This document shows, in pieces, positions 1 through 13,600 of a stretch of 64,000 nucleotides of DNA (position 1 is the stretch's first letter; each line of letters opens with the position of its first letter). Under the pieces are notes generated by a model. It was not told the origin of the DNA. It saw only the letters and a program-made list of their open reading frames with translations, and did not search any database. Source of the DNA: Balanoglossus misakiensis (lineage: Eukaryota; Animalia; Hemichordata); assembly GCA_040954595.2 (NCBI GenBank), contig CM082581.2, positions 5,324,699 through 5,388,698 on the forward strand, in the 5' to 3' direction. A program made the translations under genes and the position numbers.

Positions 1-119
1 TGCAAGATACAAATTTCAGCAACGTCTTGAATTGACTCAAAATTTCTAATCAAAAATCATAATTTGTTAGAAAATACACCTGTAGTTTAAGAGGATAAGT
101 GGGTGTGGATGTTTAATGG

Positions 120-1390
120 AGTTCAGTCAGGATACAACTGAAGAAACCAAGTTATGCTTCATACATGTGCATTACGCAATTCCGTTCAGAAAGCAACCAA
201 GCTTATCAATTATTCTTACATCATTGCAAGCTGTCTGCTTCCAAGAGCTCCCTGATTACTTAATGTTTTATAAATCGCAACAACATCTTACGGAATCAAA
301 ACTACATCTCTGTTTCTATGGAAACTGTTTCATCTGGCTTGAGTTAAATTGAAATGCACTCCCAATACATTTCATGGCATTTATTAGTTTCATGAAGTAA
401 GGCTGCATTCACAAACACCTCTGGAGGGGGGGGCGGGAGAATTCAATTTTTTTTACCGCTAATTTTCACATGCCCCCCCACACAACCCGAAATATTTTCA
501 AACCCCCCCCTTCCGTACTGCCAAAATTTTGAAACCCCCCCCCCCCCCATTTTCTTTCACAGAGCAAAACACATCTATCTTGTAAAAAAGAAAAACAGCG
601 TTCCCATGAAAAGAATTTGAAACTGATGTTTCCCCTCATCAGTGGGTATTAAAACTGAACATTGTTTTTATTTTTTAAGTATTTGTACTCTGTGTTGGGA
701 GACATTGTAAACCGAGAATTGAAGGGGGTGGGTTTGGGAGGGGGTGTCCCCCTCCCACGTAAGAAAATTTTATAAAATACAGAGCTCAAAGCTGCATTTT
801 AATGAACCCAGCAAAAGCAGATTAACTCAACTACCGGTATGTTGGGGAGGACAAATTTAACCGTCGCCGCTCAAAGTTATCATGGGGTGGGGGCAAGTCC
901 CCTGACCTGGGACACTAGATAAAGCAGTCAATGATTGAAAGGTGTTGATGAATGGAGGGGGTGGGTGTGGGAGGGGGTGTCCCCCTCCCACATTAGAAAA
1001 TTTTGTAAAATAAAGGGCGCGAAACTGCATTTTTGTGGACTCAAAATAAATATTTAGTCGTCAAAGTTTTCAAGTCCCCCCCTTTCAGTCCCTAAATTAT
1101 TTCAAATCCCCCCCCTTACATACCCTCAATTTTTTCAAATCCCCCCCCTCAATTCTCCCGCCCCCCCCTCCAGAGGTGTTTGTGAATGCAGCCTAAGAAT
1201 GAGGAGTATTCTCGATACAGGCTCAGAAATTCTCTAGAGTAGAAACTCTACGACACTGAGTTCATTAATGCTGCATGCACGTCACTCTTCAAAGAAGGAC
1301 AACTTTGCAAGGGTCACTTTTCTGACTCAGTGGGCAAGCAAAATACTTCGCCCACACACGACATTCTGAGTGCCATTTGTCAATCACAGT
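120..1390 (-). pseudogene. Decayed death-domain-like coding remnant, interrupted by a Harbinger MITE
   Basis: Manual minus-strand translation with the MITE removed gives fragments such as KCIGSAFQFNSSQMKQF and SSWKQTACNDVRIIDKLGCFLNGIA*. These resemble death-fold helices (W..LG..LGF....I..F and L..WKQ....A...L...L..I.R). Stops and frameshifts are present. Pattern recognition only. Confidence 0.4.
401..1193. mobile_element. PIF/Harbinger-type (Tourist-like) MITE
   Basis: Perfect 43-bp TIRs GGCTGCATTCACAAACACCTCTGGAGGGGGGGGCGGGAGAATT (401-443 / 1151-1193). TAA target duplication at 398-400 and 1194-1196. Internal ~60-80 bp direct repeat (~721 and ~954). No ORF. Confidence 0.9.
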
Positions 1391-1428
1391 ATTTCTCTTG
1401 TGTTTAAGCTAGCTGTTACTAGTCTCCA

Positions 1429-1789
1429 TTGAGGTACTGCGCACCTAGAAAATCAAAGTCTTAAACTTTTTCTCATATTTTGCTCAAGCAACTTTAGATT
1501 TATATAATGAGAATAAACACTTGGGGTCACAGTGCAAATTTTGAAAAAGAGAGCGAAACTCGCTAAAATTTGAAACTCAAATGGCCACCAATCTCCGAGT
1601 TATGAACTCAACACAGAAAAAGGTCATGGTGGGGGGAGAGATGGAGAACACCCTATTTTCGTTTTCTTATCAAAAATACTTCTCACATATATCTAGAAAA
1701 TAAGTATATAGAGAGAATTGAAAGGTTTGGAGGATCGGGGTTACAATTTTCTTTTTGAAAATCTGTCCCCAAGGAGCAGACAAACTCAA
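1429..1789. mobile_element. Degenerate MITE-like interspersed repeat
   Basis: Decayed terminal inverted similarity (TTGAGGTACTGCGCACCT / AGGAGCAGACAAACTCAA) and an internal AAATGGCCACC motif typical of such elements. Confidence 0.35.
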
Positions 1790-1799
1790 CACAATCAGT

Positions 1800-3770
1800 C
1801 TACAGTGACCTTCCCCTGATGTCGCATAAGCTTATGAATAATTAATAGCAATGGATCAGAGCGGTTCAGGACATTTCCTTGTCCCTATGAGCAGGGATCA
1901 CACTGCACACTCTAAATGACAAAACGTGCACCACTGACAACCAGACAAAGTGATCTGCCGTCTTCAAAGTAATGGGGGTCATAAACTAGCAGACGCAGTG
2001 CCTATAAACTGTAGCTCTGTATGCGTGCCTGGCATTTGCAATATTCTATTATTCATCAAATTGACAAAAACACCTTGAGATGCACATTTAGACAGAAAAC
2101 CCAAATATTGGGAAAATGACTGACAGCTGGTTAAATTTTAATGATACAATGTTGAGATCTACAACGCTACATCTTTATTCTGAGAAAAAGAATTTCAAAG
2201 AAACATTATCTTAATAAATAATAAAATGCTTACACACATACTGTGAAATTGAATTTCACAGTATGTGAGTGGGAGTAAGCATTTTAATACATCATTTCTG
2301 TTAGTTTTGTGAATGTGTTCATTAGATAAAGTAATTCACAGTATGTTATGCATGATTTGGGTATTTCTATGAAAAATTATAAATGGATGTGAATTTTACA
2401 AGCTTACATGTAGTTTTCCCATAGACAGTCTATGGTTTGCCCTATTTGCAAGAGATTTCCTGCCATGATACAAATATCTTACAATTCTACACGGACATAA
2501 ATTATAAAATTCCATTAATCATCAAAAAAAGGGAAAATCTGTACTCCGAGGGACATGCATTCTGAAAACATCACCGATGATGGCCATCCCAAAGACACAA
2601 GAGAGAACCCATGTATTCGATCTCATCTTTCCAATTCCCTCACCTACGGGTCACAGAACACACGTACGTAATACAGACCTTCACAACAATGTACAGGGGC
2701 TGCACTGTTCGAACCTTTCACTTCCAAATCAGTGGGTTCGTCATGTCTTCTGCGTCGACTTCCCAAACATCTACACTGTACGGTCATTGTACACTCCCAA
2801 TCTGGGATCAAACTCAACGTGACTGCAATGTACAATCCAAACTTGCTACTCCCCGAGCTACGCGCTTCACTCCTTAGTTACCTGTCACAGATATTTTAAC
2901 TACGCTGTGGTATGGCCGGTGTAGGCTAATCAAAAGATCAACATAAAAGTTTACTAGCCAAGTCTTTGAAAAGCAAGTCTAGCCTTCAGTTTCACTACCC
3001 AGACTAATTGGCTGTACCCACTTTTAATGAAGCACTGATATCAGAAAACCGCCGTTATAATGCTCACTCTTTTAATCCTTGCGCCATTATGGTTCAGTCC
3101 AAACCTTTTGTTTTCTATGGTAAGGTTGGACCTCTAAAGAGGAAACTGGGGATGAAAGGGTTAAATATTTAAAAACAAAAAATAATCCAATTGCTTGTTT
3201 ATATCTGAATGCCTTCTTTGACAATATTATCAAAGAAAAAATAAAAATTCATTGACAAATCCGCATCAGCTGTTTTTGTTCTGAGAATAGGCATTGTTGT
3301 GATTGTCTGTGTGTGTGTACTTATGACCTCAAATCATGACACACACATCCATCATGATTAACGAGCTACATTTCCTCTTGCCGCCCTAATGCGGTCTACC
3401 CCCAATTCATCATCGCAGGTGATAGATACATGCTCTGTTACGATATGACAGGGCACTGTCTGTGGTGTGTGTGTGAGTCCTGCAGCAGCTAGTGCACGGT
3501 GCATACCACCAAGGCGTTTATCTAACCCCTTAACACTCTCGTTTGCTACTCTATTTCCTCTGCGGTCATGTTTCTGTTTCAGCTACTGTGCATCTTTGTT
3601 TCCGTTTGGAATGTCATTCAATACACACTCCAAACTAAAGCCCCTAGCCACATCTGTTGCAGGCTGTGACTCACTCTCATGCACCGTAATCATCTCCGTG
3701 TCGTATTTTGATGCATTTTTCACGTACTGTATTTCGAATAATTCCTCTCTGCCACATCATCTAAAACTGG
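1800..3770 (-). pseudogene. Decayed TNFR-like (TROY/XEDAR-type) cysteine-rich exons
   Basis: Minus-strand fragments across shifting frames. ~3770-3400: CGREELF...TACNRCG*G..FSLEC...NKDAQ* and APCTSCC. ~2880-2645: KE*SA*L..SKFGLYIAVT.SLIPDWEC...QCSPCT/HCCEG, with cag| acceptor and |gtgag donor. ~2001-1800: CDPCS*GQGNVLN. Compare TROY VPCNQCGPGMELSKEC...EDAQC...CKPCLDC...NCSATSDAIC. Confidence 0.5.
2222..2286. repeat. Long inverted repeat/hairpin
   Basis: CACATACTGTGAAATT-G-AATTTCACAGTATGTG (2235-2267) with outer arms TAAAATGCTTAC/GTAAGCATTTTA. Confidence 0.85.
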
Positions 3771-4589
3771 ATTATCAACAGCAGGTTTTCTGAATTCAAG
3801 TTCTTTTTTGTTTTATATGTTACACTCTACCAGCACAAAGGCACTGATCAGTCAACTTTGCCAAACAGTTTTGGGGATGTTTTTAATAAGATTGCAGCCA
3901 AAAACTAGTTGTACAGCGCTGATAAATATTACACATGGGACACAGGGAGCCTTGCTTAAATGTGTCAATCATTAAAAATATATTACCAGATGCAGACATT
4001 ATGGACACAATATGACTATACCCGCAGATTATCAGACCTCCCCGGAACCATCTTGCCATCACTGATTTCATTGCTGTTCTTTATCAGTAGTGAAGTTTCA
4101 CAATCAGGTTTTCAGTAACGCTACATACAATAAATACATATGTACATGAAAAATAAATTATCTCATAGTATCACATGCTGATGCATATTCTATAATAATT
4201 GAATTTCTGAATTCCACATCACTTTGCTTTAAATTGTGGCAATAGTTTCCCTCTCTATGCAACTGCAACACATACTGCCTATTTTACCATTGAGGTTTTT
4301 CTAGAGGAAATATGGCTTTTAACAATGAAAATTCCTATTACCCTTTGGCATATAACAGATGATTGAAGGAAAGTTCAGTGATTGCTCAATAGGTGTTGAG
4401 AGAAATGTCACAGCTGAGAATATTCTGAAAATGATATTGTATAAATTATCCTTATGGGCAATTTGAACATATGTCTATCATACTTGTATATTATATTTGT
4501 CAAAAGAGCTGTTGAATTTCAGCTGGAAATGAAAATCATATTTTTCACAGGTGTTTCTTTTTACAAGTTTCAGTATTTTGATCTACTAC

Positions 4590-7500
4590 CTGTGGTTAAG
4601 GTTTCAGTCACTCTTAACTATTGTCATCGATGCAATGATGAAGGAGTCTGGGCGTTACATTGAAGTAGTCAGAAAATGTCAACCACTTGCTTTGATTTCA
4701 ACAATCAAACTGAAGAGGCGAGTGTGAGTTTGCATTGTGCAAATGATAGTGTACAAACCAGAGCCTACTAAAGGTCATCCACACCGTGTGGGTGTTCGCG
4801 CCAATATAATCCATTTCTGGTCTGACAGGTAGCAGATTGTAACATATGGGGTGTCACTGATTAGGTCATCCGAGGTCAATTACAGACAGTGCCCCCTTCA
4901 GTGGACACACCCATGGCAAGATCATTTTCAGCTGATTGTAACTGACCAACTGCGGCTAAAACTAATATTGCTGTGAACTTTAACTCCAAAATGTATATCA
5001 TGTAGGGTGCTTCACAGTATGAATGTGGAGCATGTGTCCTGAATGGAGATAGCAAATTGTAATTCGCACTAAGGTGCCTACTTTGTCTAGTCTAGAATCT
5101 ATAACCACGCATTCAGATGAAGCCTATCTACCCGTTGCTGCACCCATCGGATTCTCATACCAGAACGCAAATAACATATCCCATGGAGAAATATGATGGT
5201 AGTGACGTCCCAAACCACGTCAATCACAAATCTCCCAATGATTGGTGTAACACTATAGCCCTGGCAGGGCTGTTTAGTTCCGCAACACCACCACAACTTG
5301 ACTGTGGCCTCGCCTCGCCTCAATTACTAGACCACTCTCTATGATTGACGTCAAGGGGCACACCATTATCAAAGTCATATTTCTTCATGGGGGTGCATTG
5401 ACATTGACATTCTAGTTTAAATTTGAAATCCAACTGCTAGAGGAGGAAGGTGTTTGTAACTTTCTCAAGCATAGTCAGTATAGCCATGTGTTGATGTTTA
5501 AAGATCCTAACATTAACTCACAGAATGTTGTTTGTACTTGGGTTTGGTGTTTGGAACGAGTAATACCAAGCATTTCATAAATGCCATCCCATGTCACCGT
5601 GTGAAATTTGTAGTTGTTTGCTGAAGTTTACTGTAAACAGTTGGAGTAATTAGGCGACCCTGATCTCACAAGGCGGAGGCCAGACCTGGCTTGATTCACA
5701 CGACATATCTGTGTTACTATAACACAGTAATGAGGTCAAATTAAATGGTATTATTATCAATTACAGATTACATTTCTCTGATAGTGCATACTGAAAAATA
5801 AGTATTGATTTGAAATTATAACATGATTCTGAATGTTAATATTTTGAACATTTTGGATGAAATTAAAATGGTAATAGTTAAATAATACTATAGGTACAGT
5901 ACAAGCCCAATTCTTGGGAATTAGACAATGTGATGTGTAATGATGAAGTTTTCTAAACTGAGACGAAAATTTCTTAAAATGTATATATGCTAATCCAATA
6001 ACATGTATGTATACATGTACAGATTCTTCTCATACAGATTATTTTGTATCAGGACAAATATGCATGGCACTTAGTTTTCAAGGTTTGTATAATCAGACAC
6101 ACGACAAAAATACAACTCAGCACTTAGAAATGTGTTTACTCAGAACAGAGACATTCCATTATTAATAGACAAATTTGGTCAGAGAAGTTGCGAAAAAAAA
6201 CTAAAGCATTTTTACACCCTGCTGAAAGATTTTTCTATGATATACAGCCTGAGAAATAAATACACTGAATCAAATATTATGTTCAGTTTAGAAATTCTCA
6301 CAAAATATGAATAAAAATAAATACATGTATACTGAAGTGAAGCAATTTGGAATGTACCATACACAAATATTTTCCAAATTATTCATACGGGTAGGTAAAG
6401 AAAAGACAAACAAAAATTAAATGTCAGAAAACAAACATATTGAAATTGTTTTTATATTTAGCATGTACCCTTTGCCTATAACCTATAAAGCGTTCTGTAT
6501 TTTCAAAAGTATAAAGTGAATGCATATCTCCAGGGAAATCCCACACCATCGAATCCATGACGAGAAACACAAAATGGAAGCCAAACATCTGTTGCCAAGA
6601 TGACCCGTTGTCATGGCAACGTGTCACCACAAGGTCAGCTCGGTATTGTACTGCACTTTAGATTGAAACCTACACTAGTTCGATTCTACGAACTCAGCTG
6701 TACATACAGAGTAGTCAGTCACGAGTTCAGAACATTGTATTTTTCATTTTTTGTAAACAGGAACGATTTTGCGTCTTCCCGGAGAGGCATCTGTTTTTAT
6801 TGGAGAACCAACACCAGTTCTTTCATTCGTTTTCTGGCAAATTTGGAATAACAGCTGTCAGCTGCCTATTTTTGGACAGCGTGCATTGCTATTGCTGAAA
6901 ATGGAATTCAACCCAGGAATAGAATTCACCAACATGAATGAGCTAGGTTAATAAGTAGAACAAGGCATTTTAGCTCACTCTTGGAACTGGAAACAAACAT
7001 GATGATATACATGTAGTTGATACCAAAAATTCAAATAAATAGCAAAAAATTACAGCTGGTGTAGTCATTCTCTTTGTGTGCATATTCCAAGTTCACCAGA
7101 AAAATACACTCATGAGATTTCTGTTTTTATTATTCTCAACCATTTGTTCTATTTTTCCCTTGTTATAATGGCTACGTAATGTATGAGGTCAATATCTGAA
7201 AATGTACTGTCCTATTGATTAAAAACAGTCGATTATACATAAAATCACACTGACATTACGACAAATCAATTCTCTCAGTGTGATGCAGATTGAGTCAGTA
7301 CTTGCAGTAAAATCACTGTTTTTCTTTCTCAGAGGCTTTTTTTTTTTTGCCATGTGTTCTCCATAAAACATAATTTCATGTCTACTCAGTGCTAAATGTT
7401 AATGTCCAGGAACACTGATTAGATATTGGAACCCCGGCCAGAGTAACACTTCTGCTGCTACTACTGTACTGTTACATCTACATACAATGGAGAGAAACCT

Positions 7501-8600
7501 GGCAAAATGACTGAAGAGCTTGGTACCGCCCAACTACATTGTAACCAACCCAACTGTGATTACAGTATTCATCATCATATATCATTCCTGGCAATTTCGA
7601 TTTACTGGATTTGGATTTTTTTCCCACCAGTATGAAGGACATTTGTAAATTAAGAACCTTCAGCCTGGGCTTGCTGAATATCTGGGGAAATGGCTTTCCT
7701 TTTCCCATTGAAAATGTCAAACAACGCCCATTTCAAACACTGCAACATTTTAAAAACAAACCAATGACCTCAAACTTAAAAATTCCTCAAACTTTTGTGC
7801 ATTAATACATTACAGATTAACATAGTATTTTACACAGCATCACACTGATCTTGCATAATTATGATAAAGTGTATTAGTTACCACAGCTGAGTGAATGAAT
7901 GAATGAGTGAAATTTTCAATGCAGAGAAGAATATCACAAAAATTTGATGCCCATATGGTTAATGTTTATATAATAATCATTATTGGAATGAATTTTATTT
8001 TAGGACGCCCATCTGCAACCCTGACTATGGGAGTTATAATCAGTAGCTGATAAGTAGATTCTTCTGTTTCTTGATAAACTGTGATGAAATCATTGGAAAT
8101 AACTGATTATGTATCACAGATCTTGATAAACACCTTGAATGGTGACCTCTGTACAAATTTCATAACTACCACGATTCCCGGCCCTTTTCATGAATGATAT
8201 GCACTGCCATGATCAAAGCCTTTTATGAGAAGGAAAATATCAACTTTAAGTTTTTTTGTCATTCAGACGTATATTAAATTCTGTCCTGGGATTCTGAGGT
8301 CATACGTGTTATTATATGGGTGAAACGTACATACAGCACAGTGGGGAGGGTGTACCTCACGTACATTGAAGTTTTAATACTATGATATGAATCGTATCGT
8401 TGTCGATATGTTTGCCCCACGGTCCTTGTTGACATTTGCAGGCAAAACTCTGATCATAAGTGTGTGAATTATAAATGAAATATATGAGTCGAACATATTC
8501 ATTCCCTCAACTGAACAAAGTGAACCTGCACCCAAAACGGGCGTAGCGTTCATCACAGTCAGTTGAAAATGGTTCAATATATTCGCTCCTAATTAATTGG
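4590..8600 (-). pseudogene. Decayed multi-CUB-domain coding exons
   Basis: Minus-strand fragments. ~6870-6500: PNLPENE*KNWCW / ASPGRRKI / TDYSVCTAEFVE / CGDTLP*..ATDVWLPFCVSRHGFDGVGFPWRY. ~7650-7380: DDEYCNHSWV and NQCSWTLTF. ~5300: SCGGVAELNSP. ~4870-4750: LISDTPYVTICYLSD..RCG*PLVGSG. Weaker hits at 8150-8600. Many indels and stops. Confidence 0.55.
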
Positions 8601-9859
8601 AATCGATTTGACCGCGACGCGATCGCTATCTCACATCCAGGTTAAAAATGGTTCCCTTCAATAAAGAGCTGTAAAAAAAAATTCTGTTTGTTGACGGCTG
8701 TTTATTCTAGTGTGTGCCAAACGTCCCTTAGTTTGAGAACAGATTACACATAACGTTTTACCGTTTTGTTATTACAAAGGATTTCGAAACTGACATGTGA
8801 AACGGACATGGACTGTAGCAGCCCCCCCCCCCCCCCCCCCCCGATCGGTAACCTCTATTTATTTGGCAGTCGACGCTACCCTGTATTTGGCGCGATCGAC
8901 CATTTGAAAAAGGCCGTAAATAAAACACTGGATTCGTGTTACTTCTCCATAGGCTCTGTGGGTTGCGCATGAAAAGCGTATTCAAAGCTGGGCGGGGGGA
9001 GTGAATGGTTGTCGTGTGCCGAATGGACGACTAAATAGTGTAAACAACACCAGTCGCTAGCCTGCAACGCTTTAAAAATTTTACAGTCTGTCGCCTGGAA
9101 CTCACCTGATCGGGTCACGTTGCTCACAAACCGCTTCATGGTCTTTGGTACCAACGCACAGCAGGTATAAAATCAAAGAATGGGCATCGATAGCGGCTAG
9201 CCTTTATACAATCACCGGCCACTGAAGCAGACGGCCTGGTTATTTCGCAGTTAGGGGACACCGTACTGGCTGCTGCTACTGGAACATCAATGCAATGGCT
9301 ACAGTAAACATTGCCTCCAGAGGGCGCTCATGGAGGGCGACCAACCCCTGGACCAACCCACCCCTCAATCGATGCTCAAGCAAGTCTGAAAAAATACTGC
9401 ATGCTAAATTTAATAACGTACAACATGATTCAGAATTTATGGAAACTATTATAGGCACATGAGCTGCAACTGGGTACAAAAAAATAAGCTATAAATAATC
9501 TCAGATATGCTTTTAATTATGTCTATTAAATGATATGGCCTGAAAATATATCATACACGTATTTACAAGTTGGTCCAAAAATTAAAGAAGTATCAGTACA
9601 GTCAAAAATTCCCACAATTTAAAAAAATGAAATATTACAATGAAAAATGAAAATGTAATGTCTCAGTGGAGTACATATACTTCAACGAGTTCTAGTGGAT
9701 GAGATTATGCTTTGTTTGATGTAGTTTCAGAATGGGAAACGCAAGTACTTTGCATTTTCTCACGGTGGCGGCCATATTCCTTTGCGGCAAAGCTTTATTA
9801 TTTATCTGGCTAAAACTTGCATATGCACTAATATTTAGGGTTTATAATATTTGTATGTA

Positions 9860-10698
9860 CAGTAGAACGTCGATTATCCGAACAGCTAGGGGGACAGGCT
9901 TTTGGTTCGGTTATGCGATCGGTTCGGATACGCAAACTTAGGGGGCGGGGTCACATCTGACATATAACACGCATACATAAACCCGTCCATAGTAGACAAG
10001 ACACATCGTTTTCCATTCTATTTTTATTTCTAAGTAAATTTGGATGGTTTCAAATACTGCACAAAGTAAAATTATGAGAAAGTAAAAAATAAATAAAAGA
10101 ATGACGACGTGAGGTCGAGCATGTGACGCTCGCTTCATGACATAGCCATGATGGCATGGACAGTAATGGCGGAAGCAATGCGATGTCGGTCGGTTCGATG
10201 TTTCTCGGCAGATCACTATTGGAATTACAAATGGTGAAATTTCCCAAAACCCAAGGGTTTTTAAACACTTCTACCGAACAAGTTAACACTTTCAAGTTTT
10301 GACAAAATGCCGCGAACGTTTAATGAAGAAGCCGACCATCGGTCGCAACCTTTTAGCAAGGCTGGCAAAGCTTGGCGGCTGACGAACCGTGCCATTGTCG
10401 AGCTGTTTATTTTCACACCTCTTGCGATTGCATCCAAATGATTCATACCCGGGGATACAAAACATTAACACTTTAATTAAAACAAAAGGCTAATGGGCGG
10501 TAAGGTTGTTTAAAGAAATAACTTTTTAAAAGAGGAAAGTGCTGTATGATGCCTTCCTTTGACAGCGAGGGCCGTGAATATCAACAATGGTTAACAAGGT
10601 ATACGCCTAGTACAGGTAGACTTTTCGGGGGACACAGAGTAAGTTCGGATGACCGAACAATGCGGATAATCGACGTGCGGATAATCGACGTTCTACTG
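9860..10698. mobile_element. Tc1/mariner-superfamily (pogo/Tigger-like) non-autonomous element
   Basis: 21-bp perfect TIRs CAGTAGAACGTCGATTATCCG (9860-9880 / 10678-10698). TA duplication at 9858-9859 and 10699-10700. Subterminal repeated CGGATAATCGACGT. No transposase ORF. Confidence 0.9.
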
Positions 10699-13600
10699 TA
10701 CTTCAGTGCTTAATTACGTACTTGCACTCAGCATTGTGTGTCACGCGAAGGCTACCATAGTTTTCAAGTGACTTTTGGTAAGCACAGTTCAGCAGATTTT
10801 GGATAACCCATCCGTGGTGTTTATCAATTTATGTGTTCATGTATTATCACGTTGCTTGTGATCTCTTATTGATGTTCGCATAAATTTAGGTGTATTGAGT
10901 GTTGTTGTATGTATTAAATTTTGTCATGTTGCCGTGTTCAACAGCGCCTTCAGTGGCACAGATTTGGGGAGGCTTTTGTTTTTATCCTGCCGAACACTGG
11001 TGGCTTCATAGTACACGTTGTACACTATCAAAAGTACACTATCGTCGTGTAAGGTTTGATACAATTTCTGGAAGCAGCATATTTTGAGCAAAATTAATTT
11101 GTGTGATCAAAAATACTTGTTGAATATGTTGTTTTCTAAGAACAGCAAGTCATTGGGTTATTTCTTTGAACAGAGTACTGTGCTGACTTTTTAGCCGCCA
11201 CTAGACTTTCTCCTTGCCCCTTGCCATGGACGAGTCAAGCTTTATTTTGACATATCTCTCACTTTCAATGAGAAAATATTGATAGGAACACCCTCAGTAT
11301 ACACATAACAGTGATTATCAGTCATTTGCATGGGCAGTGTTGCCGATCGACGATATTGCGAACTAGCGCCACCTATATTCTTCGTTTAGAAGAAACGTGA
11401 ATTTCAAATACATAGGCCCCCATCTGTCTGTAATTTAATCATGCCACAAGCAACAACTAGCCATTTCAGCCCAAGTGTAGTATGTATTACGTGCTTCAAA
11501 TACTACTGACATAGATACATGCCATCATTATATTTTTCTCGATGAGATACTTTTAGTTAGGGTACTAACCTACACCTTTATGCTTGGCCGGCTACTTGTG
11601 ATGAGCATTTCATCTGACAGCTTTTGCGTAATTGTAGTTATTTGCACAAAAAGATGGTAAATTAAAGTCGCGCCCGTAGCAACAAAAAATGACCGGTCTC
11701 AGATCGGCAATACTGAAGTCCGTCTAAGCTTTACGCCACGGGCTTAGAGTAATTAAATTGTGTCGTGTGTTCCTATAAGATTTCGCCGTATGGGATTACT
11801 CAATCTTCGAATTGGGTGTTTTTGTATAATGTACGAACGCTGCAGGCAGAATGCTATCCGGTAATTAGCGACAGCGGCGCGTTGCATCCATACTTAGTCT
11901 TTTTCAGACTCCAATGAGAATTGCCGGTTGCTAACATAAAGGTCAACGCGCCCCTTCACCCGGAATGACCCTCTGCGATATCTCGGGGGCGATGATCATT
12001 TTGTTGGAGTCACAAAGAACCGCTACCGTGTACCGGAACGGCGCTGATAACGACGTGCGCATCCAGGCCTGGAGGCATTCAGTCCTCATTGCATGTGCAA
12101 GCGATGTAACTCCTTTGAAAGGGGAAATCAGTCCAACAGATTCGCGTGGAGACTTGATGTGGGCAACCCCACTAAACTCAGGCCTAATTAAGTCACCCCT
12201 TGTGAATTTTAAAATATACGGTATCGATGCATCGAGAAGGGTTACTCGGTATGTTAAATCTGAATAAACCTGAATACGGTATTATGGCGTGTATTTTTGA
12301 CGAATAACTGTTTTGTGAGTCAGGAAACAGTAAATTTCCACCAGCGAGGCAAGCGAATGCTTTCAGTGACAATTAAGAAACTCGCTTCCACGCGAGGGAA
12401 ATAGTGGTTGTGTCTATCTGCCTGAGCTTGATTTCTATGCTTGCTTCATCTCCGTTATTTCGGCCTCAATCATTACACTCGGATAATTGTGTGCCGGGAT
12501 ATCGAGCAGGGAGGTTAATTAATGTCGACCAGAATTGATCTCCCAGCCTTTATATTCAACAGACGAAGGTCATGTGCGACTTGACAAACAGTCTTAATCC
12601 TGGAAATGTGCGTATAATGGGAAGCAAATCCACGGCTAATCGATGGGATTGGCTCTGAGAGTGCCAAAGGTAATCGAATTAGAGTGTGGACGGAACGGAT
12701 CGATGATATTGAGCTCGTTCTGTGCATTGCAGAAGACTATAAAGTCGTTAATGTTTTAATCAATGGTCATCCTGGCGAATGAGGGTTGCATAGAAAGTGC
12801 AAATTAAAGATAGTCTAGAAAAGTTTTCAGCGCAGAGATCATCTATAGACTTTCAGTCCATCGTACAGGTCACCATCGAAGTACCAAAGCTCCGGCGAGG
12901 TCTATTCCCAAGTCTATATAACCTATAGTGTATGCACGGAAAAGCCTCTTCATTCCCGTGAAACAAAGCAGCGATTGCGGAGAGTGGTTCATGTATTATA
13001 CTAGCTTGTATGTGACATGCCGGGAACACACGCAAAAGCAATGATTGATTGATGCGGCGGTGTAAACTCTTAGATACATCGGTGGAGATTCATTAGGGCA
13101 AGAAGGTTCAACATTTTCAAATATGTGTGTTCATCGATCATCTTAATTCATGGCAGGTCTTTGCATTAATGTAACTCTCAGCGAAACATCTTTGGACTTC
13201 TCCCCCATTTGTTGTTTTAATTTCCGAACTGTTCTCTTCCGCAATCTGTTCAAACTTTGCCAGTGCGGATATCCGTCCACATTAACTGTCAGTACAAATT
13301 ACTGGGGCAGAGTGACCATATACTAATGATACTTTTACAAAAAGTATAACATGGAAGCTGTTTATTCTGGCAATTTGTAATGAACTTCAAGAGTTCATTT
13401 CTGAATCCCGGACATTGTCCTGGTGTAAAAGTCCGTCTCCACGTCGCTACCTTTTTAACAGACGCATACACAGACATCACATTACATACTGTTCATGTTC
13501 GGATGGGTAATGAAACACAAGGACTCGCCACCGCCCATTGTCATATGTGGATGTCGTTGCACATATTGCAACCGCAGGTTTGTTGACGTGACAGTTAATT

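Noticed and set aside
2645-3770. Stops at expected Cys positions read as selenocysteine or recoding
   Set aside because: Several are TAG rather than TGA, and they coexist with many frameshifts; ordinary pseudogene decay is simpler.
8758-8985. Poly-Pro/poly-Gly ORFs
   Set aside because: Caused by a poly-C tract.
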